The translations under genes were made by a program, and so were the position numbers. Shown one piece after another: positions 50,249-60,483 of a stretch of DNA of 64,000 nucleotides. Source of the stretch: Thermostichus sp. DRC_bins_24. GTDB taxonomy: Bacteria > Cyanobacteriota > Cyanobacteriia > Thermostichales > Thermostichaceae. Under the pieces are notes generated by a model that worked only from the letters and a program-made list of their open reading frames with translations, did no database searches and had not been told where the DNA came from. Numbering within the stretch: the stretch's first letter is position 1; every line of letters starts with the position of its first letter. The stretch is from assembly GCA_039794845.1 (NCBI GenBank), contig JAUQVK010000084.1:1-64000 (forward strand). The letters are read 5' to 3'.

Positions 50249-50908
50249 ATGGGTCCGTTTTGGCTATTTTTGATCCTGTTTGTCGCGCTGGTTGCTGGGC
50301 TGATTGGCCTCAGCTTTTACCAGGAAAAGAAACGTCGTGAAGCCCTGGAGCAGCTGGCTGCGCAACTGGGCATGCAATTTGCTGCCCAAGGGAGCTTGCC
50401 GCAGGTGACCTCGGTCAATTTTGAGATTTTTCAGCGGGGTCGCGATCGCCGTTCCTCCAACTTTCTGAGCAAACGGCTGATCGACGGCACTGAGATCACG
50501 CTATTCGATTACCAATACACCAGTGGCAGTGGCAAAAGTCGCAGCACCTACCGCATGACAATTTTTTCGGCTTACCAAGAAGACTTGCACTTGCCCAGCT
50601 TTCGCCTGCACCCCGAAAATGCCTTTTTTCACGGCATTGCCAAAGCCTTTGGCATGAAAGATATCAACTTCGAGAGTCACCCAAAATTTTCTTGCCTCTA
50701 CCTCTTGCGTGGTCAGGATGAAGACCAAATTCGCCTTCGCTTTCACCCCGGCGTTTTAACTTTTTTCGAGGAAAACCCCAACTACATCGTTGAAGGAGCC
50801 GGCCCTCACCTGATTTTTTGGCGCAGTAACCAACGGGTGAATCCGGAAGGGATGGCCGCCTTTATGCGCCTGGGAGAAGAATTGGTTCAACGGCTGCGTC
50901 GACTATAG
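50249..50908 (+). CDS. Hypothetical membrane-anchored protein
   Basis: N-terminal TM; FDYQY-SG-GK, DINF-SHP-FS motifs. Confidence 0.75.
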   Translation: MGPFWLFLILFVALVAGLIGLSFYQEKKRREALEQLAAQLGMQFAAQGSLPQVTSVNFEIFQRGRDRRSSNFLSKRLIDGTEITLFDYQYTSGSGKSRSTYRMTIFSAYQEDLHLPSFRLHPENAFFHGIAKAFGMKDINFESHPKFSCLYLLRGQDEDQIRLRFHPGVLTFFEENPNYIVEGAGPHLIFWRSNQRVNPEGMAAFMRLGEELVQRLRRL

Positions 50909-50951
50909 ATCTTCGGTTGAACCCCGGCCTAAGTCCTAAATTTGAGAGTCC

Positions 50952-51365
50952 ATGGTGGAGATACGAAAAGCAACCTACGGCGATCTGGCAGCCCTCCACA
51001 GCTTTGACATTTTTGCCGGAGATCGTGCCCAAGAGATTCAACGGGGTGAATGCTTCGTTGCGGTTTTGCCTGAAGGCCTTGCCGGTTACGTGGTCTTTAA
51101 CCATTCTTTTTATCTCAAGCCCTTCATCCAGTTCCTTTGTGTGGCGTCACCCTTTCGGCGGCAAGGGATCGCCAATCGGCTGTTGGCCCACATAGAAGAG
51201 CTCTGTGATGGCGAGAAACTCTTCACCTCCACAGAAAGTGACAACCTACCCATGTTAAGACTGCTCAACCGCAGAGGCTATCGGGTTTCGGGTGTGATTG
51301 AGAATATTCAAACCCAAGCGGAAGTGGTGTTTTGCAAAACCTTGAAAACCCAATTCCTGCTCTAG
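50952..51365 (+). CDS. GNAT family N-acetyltransferase
   Basis: L-V---FRRQGIA--L, N--M--L----GY. Confidence 0.88.
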   Translation: MVEIRKATYGDLAALHSFDIFAGDRAQEIQRGECFVAVLPEGLAGYVVFNHSFYLKPFIQFLCVASPFRRQGIANRLLAHIEELCDGEKLFTSTESDNLPMLRLLNRRGYRVSGVIENIQTQAEVVFCKTLKTQFLL

Positions 51366-51384
51366 CACAACTTTGTGAATCCCT

Positions 51385-51627
51385 CTACTGCGCACCCAGA
51401 GCCGCCAACAAATCATCCGCCAACAACACCGCCGTATAGGCCAAAATCTGGCGTTGCTCAGGGGGCAAATCGCCGATGGGGGTCTGGGGATTGCTGACGA
51501 TGCCCTGTAGCACCATGCTGGCCACGTATTCGCGCTTGGAAACCCCGGGGCTGGAAATGGTGGGGTTGTCTAAGGAGAACTTCTGATGGTGCTCGAAGGG
51601 AAAGGCATATTCAGGGACGACCGGCAT
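51385..51627 (-). CDS. Small hypothetical protein (G-SKREY-A-M-LQG motif)
   Basis: 80-aa ORF with a GGAG RBS. Confidence 0.65.
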   Translation of the reverse strand: MPVVPEYAFPFEHHQKFSLDNPTISSPGVSKREYVASMVLQGIVSNPQTPIGDLPPEQRQILAYTAVLLADDLLAALGAQ

Positions 51628-51776
51628 CGCTCAACTCCAGGTTTGTGCTCTCCCCATTTTCCCATCTTGGGAATTCCAGAGAGGCAAGGGCTGAAAAAGG
51701 GCACAACGGGTTATCGTATCAAGGGGATCCCTGTGTGGGGGGATGATCCGGGCTGCTCTCCCTTGGGAACATCGAT

Positions 51777-53603
51777 ATGCACCTGAGCGATTCTTTTCGG
51801 CGCACCAAAATTGTCGCGACCATCGGCCCTGCCAGCTTGGATCCGGTCGTTTTGCGGGAGATGATCCTGCAGGGGGCAACCACCCTTCGCCTCAACTTTT
51901 CCCATGGGGATCACGAGCTACACCGCCGCAGCATTCGCCTGATCCGCCAAACCTCCATGGATTTGGGCATTCAAGTTGCCATTCTGCAAGACCTACAAGG
52001 CCCCAAAATTCGCCTGGGCAAGTTCGCCAAAGGCCCGATCTCCCTCAAAGCCGGAGATCCCTTTGTGCTCACCAGCCAACCCATTGCCGGATCCCAGGAA
52101 CGCAGTTGGGTTACCTACGACAAATTGGCCCAGGAGGTGCCGGAGGGAGCAACCATTCTCCTAGATGATGGGCGGGTGGAAATGCGGGTAGAAGCAGTGG
52201 ATCCCGAGGCAGGAGAACTGTTCTGCCGCACCATTGTTGGCGGTACCCTCTCCGACAACAAAGGGGTTAATTTCCCGGGCGTGCGCCTTAGTATCCGGGC
52301 GGTCACCCAAAAAGACAAAGAAGACCTCTACTTTGGTCTTAACCAGGGGGTAGATTGGGTGGCCCTGAGCTTTGTGCGCGAGCCTTCCGATGTGTTGGAA
52401 TTGCGGGAGCTGATGGCGGCAGCGGGCAAACGGATCCCGATTATCGTCAAGATCGAAAAGCACGAGGCGATCGAACAGCTGCCCCAGATTTTGGCCCTCA
52501 GTGATGGCGTGATGGTGGCGCGCGGCGACTTGGGGGTGGAGCTACCGGCAGAAGAGGTGCCGATTTTGCAAAAGCGGATGATCGCCCTCTCCAACTGTTT
52601 GGGGATCCCGGTGATTACCGCCACCCAAATGCTCGACAGCATGGCCCATAGCCCCCGCCCCACCCGTGCCGAAATATCCGATGTGGCCAATGCCATTTTG
52701 GATGGCACCGATGCTGTCATGCTCTCCAACGAGACCGCTGTGGGCAAATATCCCGTTGAGGCCGTGGCCACCATGGCCCGCATCGCTGTGCGCACCGAAC
52801 AGGATTACTTTGGCCCTACCTATACCGACCGACGCCAGCAAATTCGCACCCTGACCCTACAGGAGTTGAGTCAGCGCAATGGCAGCATTCCGGCCCGACA
52901 CAGCCTGATCCCTGACTCTATTAGCCGTGCTGTGGGTGAGATTGCCCGGGAGCTGGATGCTGTTGCCATCATGACCTTGACCAAAACCGGCGCCACCGCT
53001 CGCAATGTCTCCAAGTTTCGCCCGCGCACCCCGATTTTGGCCGTTACTCCCCACGTAGAGGTGGCACGGCGCATGCAACTGGTTTGGGGGGTGCGCCCCC
53101 TGCTGGTGATGGATTTGGCCACGACTCGCCAGACCTTTCAAGCCGCCATCAGCTTGGCTCGGGAAGAAGGCTTACTTAACAATGGTGATTTGGTGGTGCT
53201 CAGCGCCGGTACCCTGCCAGGGGTGGCGGGATCCACCGATCTGATCAAGGTAGATGTGGTGAAATCCGTGGTGGCTCGAGGCAAAGGTTTTGGCAAAGGC
53301 TCCGTCAGCGGCCCGGCTCGCATTATTCAGTCCAGCCTTGATTCCAACAAGCTCTCTTCTGGCGATATTTTGGTTGCACAGTCAACGGATGCCAGCTATG
53401 TGGAGGCAATCAAACAGGCGGCTGGAGTCATCACCGAAGAAGAAGGAGCCTCCTCGCATGCGGCGGTGATTGGTCTGCGGCTGGGGGTGCCGGTGCTGGT
53501 GGGAGTGAAAAACGCTACCCGCCTGATTCGGGATGGGGCCATCGTCACCCTGGATGCGGAAAAGGGCATCGTCACTTCTGGCGCAGATGGCTTGGGGTTC
53601 TAA
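51777..53603 (+). CDS. pyk: Pyruvate kinase with C-terminal PEP-utilizer domain
   Basis: RRTKIVATIGP, RLNFSHG, MVARGDLG, TRAE-SDV, SSHAA. Confidence 0.97.
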   Translation: MHLSDSFRRTKIVATIGPASLDPVVLREMILQGATTLRLNFSHGDHELHRRSIRLIRQTSMDLGIQVAILQDLQGPKIRLGKFAKGPISLKAGDPFVLTSQPIAGSQERSWVTYDKLAQEVPEGATILLDDGRVEMRVEAVDPEAGELFCRTIVGGTLSDNKGVNFPGVRLSIRAVTQKDKEDLYFGLNQGVDWVALSFVREPSDVLELRELMAAAGKRIPIIVKIEKHEAIEQLPQILALSDGVMVARGDLGVELPAEEVPILQKRMIALSNCLGIPVITATQMLDSMAHSPRPTRAEISDVANAILDGTDAVMLSNETAVGKYPVEAVATMARIAVRTEQDYFGPTYTDRRQQIRTLTLQELSQRNGSIPARHSLIPDSISRAVGEIARELDAVAIMTLTKTGATARNVSKFRPRTPILAVTPHVEVARRMQLVWGVRPLLVMDLATTRQTFQAAISLAREEGLLNNGDLVVLSAGTLPGVAGSTDLIKVDVVKSVVARGKGFGKGSVSGPARIIQSSLDSNKLSSGDILVAQSTDASYVEAIKQAAGVITEEEGASSHAAVIGLRLGVPVLVGVKNATRLIRDGAIVTLDAEKGIVTSGADGLGF

Positions 53604-54084
53604 AAACTGACACAGATCCAAGGGCAACTGCCCCACAACTGCAACCCCATACTTTGGGCCCTAGAGATCCATTTTTGGGAGGAGGTGCATTCGAGGATCC
53701 AGGGATGTACCTCTGGGTGCAACTGCCGGAATCCTTCCTGTCAGTTTCAGATGTAAAAGCTGGCCCGGCAGGCGATGGGTGCCAATGTGTTGGTGTTAGA
53801 AGGATCTGTCTTTTTCCCCGATGGAGTAGGCTATCCAACCTTATGTCTCTCCTGTGCCAATGTTTTCCACGAGGTGAGCCAAGAGAAGTGACAAGAGTGG
53901 GATCCCCATTGAAAACCCTACGCCAGGTGCTCCTCTTCAAAGTTAGAATTCACGATCCGATGCTGATAGATTAAGTTCTTTGAAGAGAAGGGCAAAAGAA
54001 CAGAAAAGCAATCCGAAATTCTGGGCTTATCCGGCAATCTTCGAGGTGAAATAGAAATGAGCATTTTCCGCAGGGGATCCGACC

Positions 54085-54630
54085 ATGATGGATGTAGCTC
54101 AACTGCTGGCCAAGTATCGAGAAGGAGAGCGGGAGTTCCCAATGGCTGACTTGCGCCGGGCGGATTTACAGGGTGCTGATCTGCGGGACATCAATCTGCA
54201 TCGCGCCAATTTGTCGGGGGCAGACCTGAGCGGAGCCAACTTGAAGGGGGCCAATCTGCGGCGAGCCATCCTGATCGAAGCCAAGTTGTTGGAAGCCGAT
54301 CTCAGCCATGCCGACCTGCGGCGGGCCAGTCTCGACTATGCCCAGCTACAAAAAGCCAACCTCTCCAACACCAACCTCATGTGGGCCACCCTCAACGAAG
54401 CGGATCTCAGCGAGGCGAATTTACAACACGGATCCCTGCAACGGGCAGTTCTCAAGCGGGCCAACCTCAGCCATTGCCAATTGCAATCTGCGGATCTGAT
54501 CAGCGCCGATTTGTCGGGGGCCAACCTGACGGCAGCCAACCTGATACGGGCCCACCTGAACCTGGCAGAACTGAGCCAAGCGACCTTTCAGAACACCACC
54601 ATGCCCGATGGCAGCTTGCGCCTTGCGTAG
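54085..54630 (+). CDS. Pentapeptide repeat protein
   Basis: A(D/N)Lxx repeats; MPDG C-terminus. Confidence 0.93.
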   Translation: MMDVAQLLAKYREGEREFPMADLRRADLQGADLRDINLHRANLSGADLSGANLKGANLRRAILIEAKLLEADLSHADLRRASLDYAQLQKANLSNTNLMWATLNEADLSEANLQHGSLQRAVLKRANLSHCQLQSADLISADLSGANLTAANLIRAHLNLAELSQATFQNTTMPDGSLRLA

Positions 54631-54673
54631 CAACATGGCAGCTTGCGCCTTGCGTAGCAACATGGCAGCTTGC
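54608..54673. repeat. 27-bp tandem repeat (two full copies plus one partial) across the pentapeptide gene stop
   Basis: ATGGCAGCTTGCGCCTTGCGTAGCAAC x2 + ATGGCAGCTTGC. Confidence 0.95.
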
Positions 54674-54810
54674 AATAGAACCCTCAGGGAACCGAGATGC
54701 CCCTGGTCAGATCGGTCGGGTGCTCCACTCGTGAGGGCCGGCAAAACTTGGGTTTGCAAAGCTGCACAGTAACCCACCCTACTTCTTTACTTCTCCACCG
54801 AGGATGCTGG

Positions 54811-55467
54811 ATGGCACTCCAACTTTTAATCTTCGACTTTGACGGCACCCTTGTTGATTCTGAGCCGGGCATTTTGGAAGCAATCCGCCATACGGTAGCA
54901 GCCCTCGATCTGCCCGAGGAGGCCGTAGAATCTTGGCGACAAATGATCGGGATCCCGTTGGAAAAACAGCTCTCGGCTCTGCTGCCGGAGAGTGCTCGGG
55001 ATCGGATCCCTGAGGGAGTGGAAATTTACCGCCGTTTCTACGATGCCATTCGCCCCCATTACAGCCAGCCCTTCCCTGGCATTCTCGACCTGTTGGCCGA
55101 TCTGGCAGAGCGGATCCCCTTGGCCATTGCCTCTAGCAAACGGCGGGAGTCGATTTTGCCCGTTCTCGACCAATGGGGCTACGGTGACCTGTTTGAGCCG
55201 ATCATCTCCCCCGCCGAAGTGACCCATCCCAAACCCCACCCGGACTCCGTGGAGCGGATCCTCGCCCACCATGACCTGCTTCCCGAGCAGGCGGTTTTGA
55301 TCGGGGACACCGAGTACGATATCGAAATGGCTTGTCGCGCCGGTGTCGGAGCTTGGGGGGTGGGCTGGGGGGTTCACCCTTTGGAGCGTCTGCATCAGGC
55401 CGGGGCAGAACGAGGTTTTCAGGACGTGCAGAGCTTGCACCAAGCCCTTGCGGAGCTTTGGATTTAA
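54811..55467 (+). CDS. HAD family phosphatase
   Basis: FDFDGTL-DS, KP-P, IGD--YDI. Confidence 0.92.
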   Translation: MALQLLIFDFDGTLVDSEPGILEAIRHTVAALDLPEEAVESWRQMIGIPLEKQLSALLPESARDRIPEGVEIYRRFYDAIRPHYSQPFPGILDLLADLAERIPLAIASSKRRESILPVLDQWGYGDLFEPIISPAEVTHPKPHPDSVERILAHHDLLPEQAVLIGDTEYDIEMACRAGVGAWGVGWGVHPLERLHQAGAERGFQDVQSLHQALAELWI

Positions 55468-55593
55468 GAGATTTGAAAAACATTCAGAAAATCCCTCGGC
55501 TAGGCGTAATGGCTGGGCAAGTTCGGTGTAAAGCCGGATGTTCTCTTCCGGAAAGGCGCACTAGTGTAGGAGTATTCCAACCGGATTCCTGCT

Positions 55594-56634
55594 GTGACCC
55601 ATCTTTCCCTTGCCAAAGTTGAGATGCCCGGGATCATTGGAATGCCTGCGATGGCGTCTCCAGAACAAACCGATGCCAGCCACCTTCTGGTTGTGGACGA
55701 TCAACCCAACAGCCGCATGTTGCTGGGGGATCTGCTGGAGGGCATCGGCTATCGGGTTAGCGAAGCCGAAAGCGGCAATCAAGCCCTGCAAATGTTGGAA
55801 ACCTTTCAACCGGATCTGATCCTGTTGGATGTAATGATGCCGGGGTTGGATGGGTTCGAGGTCTGTCGGCGCATTAAAGCCAACGAGGAGACCCGCCTGA
55901 TCCCGGTGGTGTTGATCACGGCCGCCAGCGATCGCAAAAATCGGGTGCGGGGCATCGAAGCAGGGGCAGACGACTTTCTCAGCAAGCCCTTTGATGAGTC
56001 GGAATTGCTGGCGCGGGTGCGTTCCCTGGTTCACCAGAAGCACCTGAACGAAGACTTGGATCATGCTGCCCAAGTTCTGTTCGCCATTGCCCGCAGCGTG
56101 GAAAGCCGGGATCCCACCACAGGGGATCACTGTGAGCGCTTGGTGCAAATGGCCGAGTGCTTTGGTGAGTTTTTGCAGCTACCTCGCCACATGGTCAAAG
56201 TATTGGCTTGGGGAGGCTATCTGCACGACATTGGCAAAATTGGCGTGCCCGACGCGATCTTGGGCAAACCGGACAAACATACCCCAGAGGAGTGGGAAGT
56301 GATGAAATCCCATGTCTTGCTCGGGGAACAAATTTGTCGCCCGCTGCGCACCATGAAGGATGTACTGCCCTTGATCCGCCACCACCACGAACGCTGGGAT
56401 GGCAGCGGTTATCCCGATGGCCTCAAGGGGGAAGAAATTCCCTTGGTAGCCCGCATCTTCCAGGTGATCGACATTTACGATGCCCTCACCTCGGAGCGCC
56501 CCTACAAGCGAGCCTTCACGGTTCAAGAATCCATCGACATCCTGCGAGAAGAGACGGCCCGAGGCTGGCGGGATCCCCAATTGGTGGAGTCCTTTCTCGA
56601 GTTTTTGCGAGCGCGTGTGCCCCAGTTGGATTGA
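55594..56634 (+). CDS. Response regulator with HD-GYP (c-di-GMP phosphodiesterase) domain; start uncertain
   Basis: VVDD, LLDVMMPG, KPF; HDIGK, HHERWDGSGYP. Confidence 0.93.
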   Translation: MTHLSLAKVEMPGIIGMPAMASPEQTDASHLLVVDDQPNSRMLLGDLLEGIGYRVSEAESGNQALQMLETFQPDLILLDVMMPGLDGFEVCRRIKANEETRLIPVVLITAASDRKNRVRGIEAGADDFLSKPFDESELLARVRSLVHQKHLNEDLDHAAQVLFAIARSVESRDPTTGDHCERLVQMAECFGEFLQLPRHMVKVLAWGGYLHDIGKIGVPDAILGKPDKHTPEEWEVMKSHVLLGEQICRPLRTMKDVLPLIRHHHERWDGSGYPDGLKGEEIPLVARIFQVIDIYDALTSERPYKRAFTVQESIDILREETARGWRDPQLVESFLEFLRARVPQLD

Positions 56635-56638
56635 GCCT

Positions 56639-56947
56639 GTGGCGGGTGTGGATCCCTTACGTCGTTGTGTCAGCTGTCGCCAGTTGTTTCCCCGCTCGCA
56701 GCTGTGGCGGTTGGTCAGGCAGTTTGATTCTCACCGAGTGCTTTTGAACGAGGGGATGGGACGTTCCGCCTATCTCTGCCGCCGGTGGGAGTGCTTACAG
56801 ACGGCCCAACGCAAGCAACGGCTAAGCAGAGCCCTGAAAGCACCCGTGCCCGACGCGCTCTTTCAAAGTCTTGAGCAACAGTTGCCCGCTCATTCTGCCC
56901 CCCATGGCCATCTCTTTCCCGACCAGAACCCCGGCCTTCAAGCGTAG
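56639..56947 (+). CDS. ylxR: YlxR (DUF448) family RNA-binding protein
   Basis: RRCVSCR...L-R-VR...GRSAYLC---C---A-----L-RALK; upstream of infB. Confidence 0.85.
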   Translation: MAGVDPLRRCVSCRQLFPRSQLWRLVRQFDSHRVLLNEGMGRSAYLCRRWECLQTAQRKQRLSRALKAPVPDALFQSLEQQLPAHSAPHGHLFPDQNPGLQA

Positions 56948-57323
56948 CTCAGAAGGTAAAATGGTGTCGCCCTTTTCGAGTTCATTGAGTTACAAACTTC
57001 ACGGCAACCCCCCTCAGCTGTCAGAATGGGAATCTGTCGGGCGAATTGCGGCCAGCTGTGTTCGGGCTGCAGAAAGGTTATCTTAGACTAGCGCTATCGA
57101 CGTTTGTTCATTTTTCCGGTTGCCCCACTTTATGCCCCATGTGGATGTTTCCAGAGCAGCTTCGAACCTAGATTCCCTCCAGTCCGGATCCCTGGAAGTC
57201 GGTCGAGCCGCTCTCGATGCACCGGAGGAAGACCCCGTGAACCCAAAAGGTTCCACCCCCCCCATTAATGTTGAACTAGATAGTGAAACCGACGAGGAGA
57301 AAGGAGCAGAGGCGAGCAGACGA

Positions 57324-60300
57324 ATGACCGACAAAGTTCGACTTTATGACATTGCCCGTGAGATGGGGTGCGACAGTCGGGATATCCTGGAGATTTGTGA
57401 GCAATTGCGGATCCCCTTCAAAAGCCATAGCAGCACCATTTCCCCAGAGCAAGCGGAGCTGGTGCGCAGCAAACTGGGCACCAGTCGTCGTCCTGTACCT
57501 GCTCAGCGGCAAACCCCCGCCGGCGAGGCGGCTGCTCCCAGTGCTCCGTCAGCCGCCAAACCCCCTTTGCAACGACCCGAGCGGGGCTCCTCCGAAACGG
57601 TCCCCACTGCCCAGCTGATGGGCCCGCCGCGCCGACAACCGGCACCACCGCCAGCTCGTCCAACCGATGGGCCCACCGCGCCGGGACCCGAACCCGTTCC
57701 TCCTACTCCGACACGTCCTGAGCCTCCCACGGCCAAAGCGAGTAGTTCCGAGCCCAACCCTGCTCCGGTGGTCAAGCGCCCAACCGTTTTGACTCCTCCC
57801 CGGCGAGCCACTGCTGAGCCCGAGCCTCCTGTGGAGCGTCCTGAGCCTGTGAAGCGGGCTGCCGAACAACCCGTTCATTCCAGCAACCCGCCAGAAGCCC
57901 CATCGCCTGGCCGTAGCCGTGCTCCTCGTACCCCTGAAGGGGCTCCTTCCCATCAACCCCCGCAGCGTCCCCGCCCACAGCTGGTGGGTGCGCCTGTTCG
58001 TCCGGGCAGTCGCCCCGAGCTGCGCCCGCCGGCGGCCAAAAAAGAAGAGGGCTCCGGTAGCGGCAGTAGCGGCAAAGCCAGCGAGGCTCCCCGTCCGCAG
58101 CGGCGGATGGAACTGGTAGGGCCACCCACCCGTCCGACGGCCAAGCCCGTTCTCCCCGATCTGGATGACTCCCCCCGCCTGCTGGAAGGGATCCCTGGCG
58201 AGCGTCCCAGCCCGGTGTTGGCGGATGCCCCGGTGCGTCCTACCGCTCCCAAGGTGAAGCGCAGAACTGCCGAGGAGGAAGATGAGGAGCTGCTTGCCCT
58301 GAATCGGCGCGCCGCCCGCACCCAAGCCAAACGCAAGCGCAACCGTAGGCGGGGGGAAGGGGATCCAGACAGTCTTGATCTGGATCCCATGGCTGTGATT
58401 TCGGCGGTCAAGCAGGCGGAGCTGAATGCCCTCAAACCTCTGGCTCGCCCCAGTGCCAAGCCCACTTCCTCTCGTCCCCCGGCGGCAGTTTCTGCTACCA
58501 CGGCCCGCCCTCGCCCTGCTGCTCCCCGTTCTCAGCGAGAATCTGTGGCTGCCGAGGCCAACGCTGAGGTGGCTGCTGAGCCGGAAGAGAAGGTACTGCT
58601 CCTGAATGGCAGCCTTACGGTTCAGGAACTGGCCAGCCGTCTTCGCGTGGCGGAAACCGAGATCATCAAAACCCTCTTCTTCAAGGGGATCATGGTGACC
58701 ATCAACCAAGTTTTGGATGAGTCGATTGCCGAATCGGTGGCCACGGAACTGGGCTACGAAATTCGTCGGCCGGAGGCAGAATCCAAGGCGAAGAAGACCG
58801 AAATGCTGGATATGGAGGATATTGACCATCTGGTCTCGCGTCCTCCGGTGGTCACGATCATGGGCCACGTTGATCACGGTAAAACCACCTTGCTCGATGC
58901 CATCCGTGACACCAATGTTGCCCGCGGTGAAGCCGGGGGGATCACCCAGCGCATCGGAGCTTATCACGTCGACGTGGATTTTGAGGGACAAACCCGCCGT
59001 GTGGTTTTCCTCGATACGCCCGGCCACCAAGCCTTTACCGCCATGCGCGCCCGTGGCACCCGCGTCACCGACATCGCCATCTTGGTGGTGGCCGCCGACG
59101 ATGGGGTACAGCCGCAAACCCTGGAGGCGATCAGCCACGCACGGGCAGCCCAGGTGCCGATCATCGTCGCCATCAACAAAATCGACAAGCCGGACAGTCA
59201 GCCGGATCGCATTAAGCAGCAGCTTTCGGAGCACGGCCTGCTGCCGGAAGAGTGGGGTGGGGATACCCCGATGGTGGAGGTGAGCGCCCTGGCTCGCCTG
59301 AATCTCGACAGCTTGCTGGAGATGATCCTGCTGGTGGCGGATGTGGCCGAGCTCCAGGCCAACCCCAATCGCCCTGCCCGTGGCACTGTGGTGGAAGCTC
59401 ACCTGGACAAGGCCCGTGGCCCCGTGGCTACCCTGCTGGTGCAAAATGGCACGCTGCGGGTGGGTGAGACTTTGGTGGCCGGTGCGGTGCTGGGCCGGGT
59501 CAAAGCGATGGTGGATGACCGGGGCAACCGCCTGCAGGAAGCCGGGCCCTCTTCGGCCGTACAGTTGTTGGGCTTGGATGAAGTGCCGGCGGCGGGAGAT
59601 GAGTTCCAGGTTTACCCAGACGAAAAAGAAGCCCGTCGCATTGCCCAGGAACGGGCCGATGCCCTGCGGCAAACCCGTCTTCAGCAGGCGCTCCTATCCC
59701 GCCGAGTCAGCTTGGGCAGCATTTCCGCCAAAGCCCAAGAAGGTCAGTTGAAGGAACTCAACCTGATTCTGAAAACCGATGTTCAGGGATCCGCCGAAGC
59801 CATTCAGGCGGCGTTGCAGGAGCTGCCCCAAGAGGAGGTGCAACTGCGGGTGTTGTTGGCCTCCGCCGGTGAGATTACCGAGACGGATGTGGACTTGGCA
59901 GCAGCCAGTGAGGCGATTATCCTCGGCTTCAACACCAGCATGGCCCCCGGCTCCCGCCAGGCGGCAGACGAAAAAGGGGTGGATGTGCGCGAGTACGACA
60001 TCATCTACAACCTGCTCGACGATCTGCGGGCCGCCATGGAAGGCTTGCTGGATCCCGAAGAGGTGGAGGAGCCCCTGGGTCAAGCAGAAGTGCGGATGGT
60101 GATCCCGATTGGGCGTGGCGCCATTGCCGGTAGCTACGTCCTCTCCGGCAAGGTGCAGCGGAATGCCTTGGTGCGCGTTCGCCGTAAGGGTGAGGTGATT
60201 CACGAAGGTCGCCTTGATTCCCTGAAGCGCTTCAAAGATGATGTGCGGGAAGTGGCCTCGGGCTTCGAGTGTGGGATCGGCATCGATAAGTTCCAAGCTT

Positions 60301-60368
60301 GGCAAGAGGGGGACATCATCGAGGTGTACCAGATGATCTCGAAGCGCCGCACCCTGACCCCTGCCTAA
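57324..60368 (+). CDS. infB: Translation initiation factor IF-2
   Basis: KVRLYDIA N-terminal domain, long Pro-rich linker, [18 protein letters not shown]. Confidence 0.97.
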   Translation: MTDKVRLYDIAREMGCDSRDILEICEQLRIPFKSHSSTISPEQAELVRSKLGTSRRPVPAQRQTPAGEAAAPSAPSAAKPPLQRPERGSSETVPTAQLMGPPRRQPAPPPARPTDGPTAPGPEPVPPTPTRPEPPTAKASSSEPNPAPVVKRPTVLTPPRRATAEPEPPVERPEPVKRAAEQPVHSSNPPEAPSPGRSRAPRTPEGAPSHQPPQRPRPQLVGAPVRPGSRPELRPPAAKKEEGSGSGSSGKASEAPRPQRRMELVGPPTRPTAKPVLPDLDDSPRLLEGIPGERPSPVLADAPVRPTAPKVKRRTAEEEDEELLALNRRAARTQAKRKRNRRRGEGDPDSLDLDPMAVISAVKQAELNALKPLARPSAKPTSSRPPAAVSATTARPRPAAPRSQRESVAAEANAEVAAEPEEKVLLLNGSLTVQELASRLRVAETEIIKTLFFKGIMVTINQVLDESIAESVATELGYEIRRPEAESKAKKTEMLDMEDIDHLVSRPPVVTIMGHVDHGKTTLLDAIRDTNVARGEAGGITQRIGAYHVDVDFEGQTRRVVFLDTPGHQAFTAMRARGTRVTDIAILVVAADDGVQPQTLEAISHARAAQVPIIVAINKIDKPDSQPDRIKQQLSEHGLLPEEWGGDTPMVEVSALARLNLDSLLEMILLVADVAELQANPNRPARGTVVEAHLDKARGPVATLLVQNGTLRVGETLVAGAVLGRVKAMVDDRGNRLQEAGPSSAVQLLGLDEVPAAGDEFQVYPDEKEARRIAQERADALRQTRLQQALLSRRVSLGSISAKAQEGQLKELNLILKTDVQGSAEAIQAALQELPQEEVQLRVLLASAGEITETDVDLAAASEAIILGFNTSMAPGSRQAADEKGVDVREYDIIYNLLDDLRAAMEGLLDPEEVEEPLGQAEVRMVIPIGRGAIAGSYVLSGKVQRNALVRVRRKGEVIHEGRLDSLKRFKDDVREVASGFECGIGIDKFQAWQEGDIIEVYQMISKRRTLTPA

Positions 60369-60483
60369 CGCTGCACAGAAAAGGCATAGGCTCCGTCAGT
60401 ACAGTAGGCTTAGTCTTGCACGGGATCCCGACCACCCAAAGGGATCCCTGATGGAGATCTCAGCTTGAAGATGGGGAGAAAAG

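Noticed and set aside
54608..54673. CRISPR-like repeat
   Set aside because: The units are contiguous with no spacers
57120..57323. 68-aa N-terminal extension of IF-2
   Set aside because: The conserved IF-2 N-terminal domain starts at MTDKVRLY (57324), preceded by a purine-rich RBS-like tract
57549..59672. 707-aa minus-strand ORF
   Set aside because: Antisense in-register shadow of GC-rich infB; no domain features
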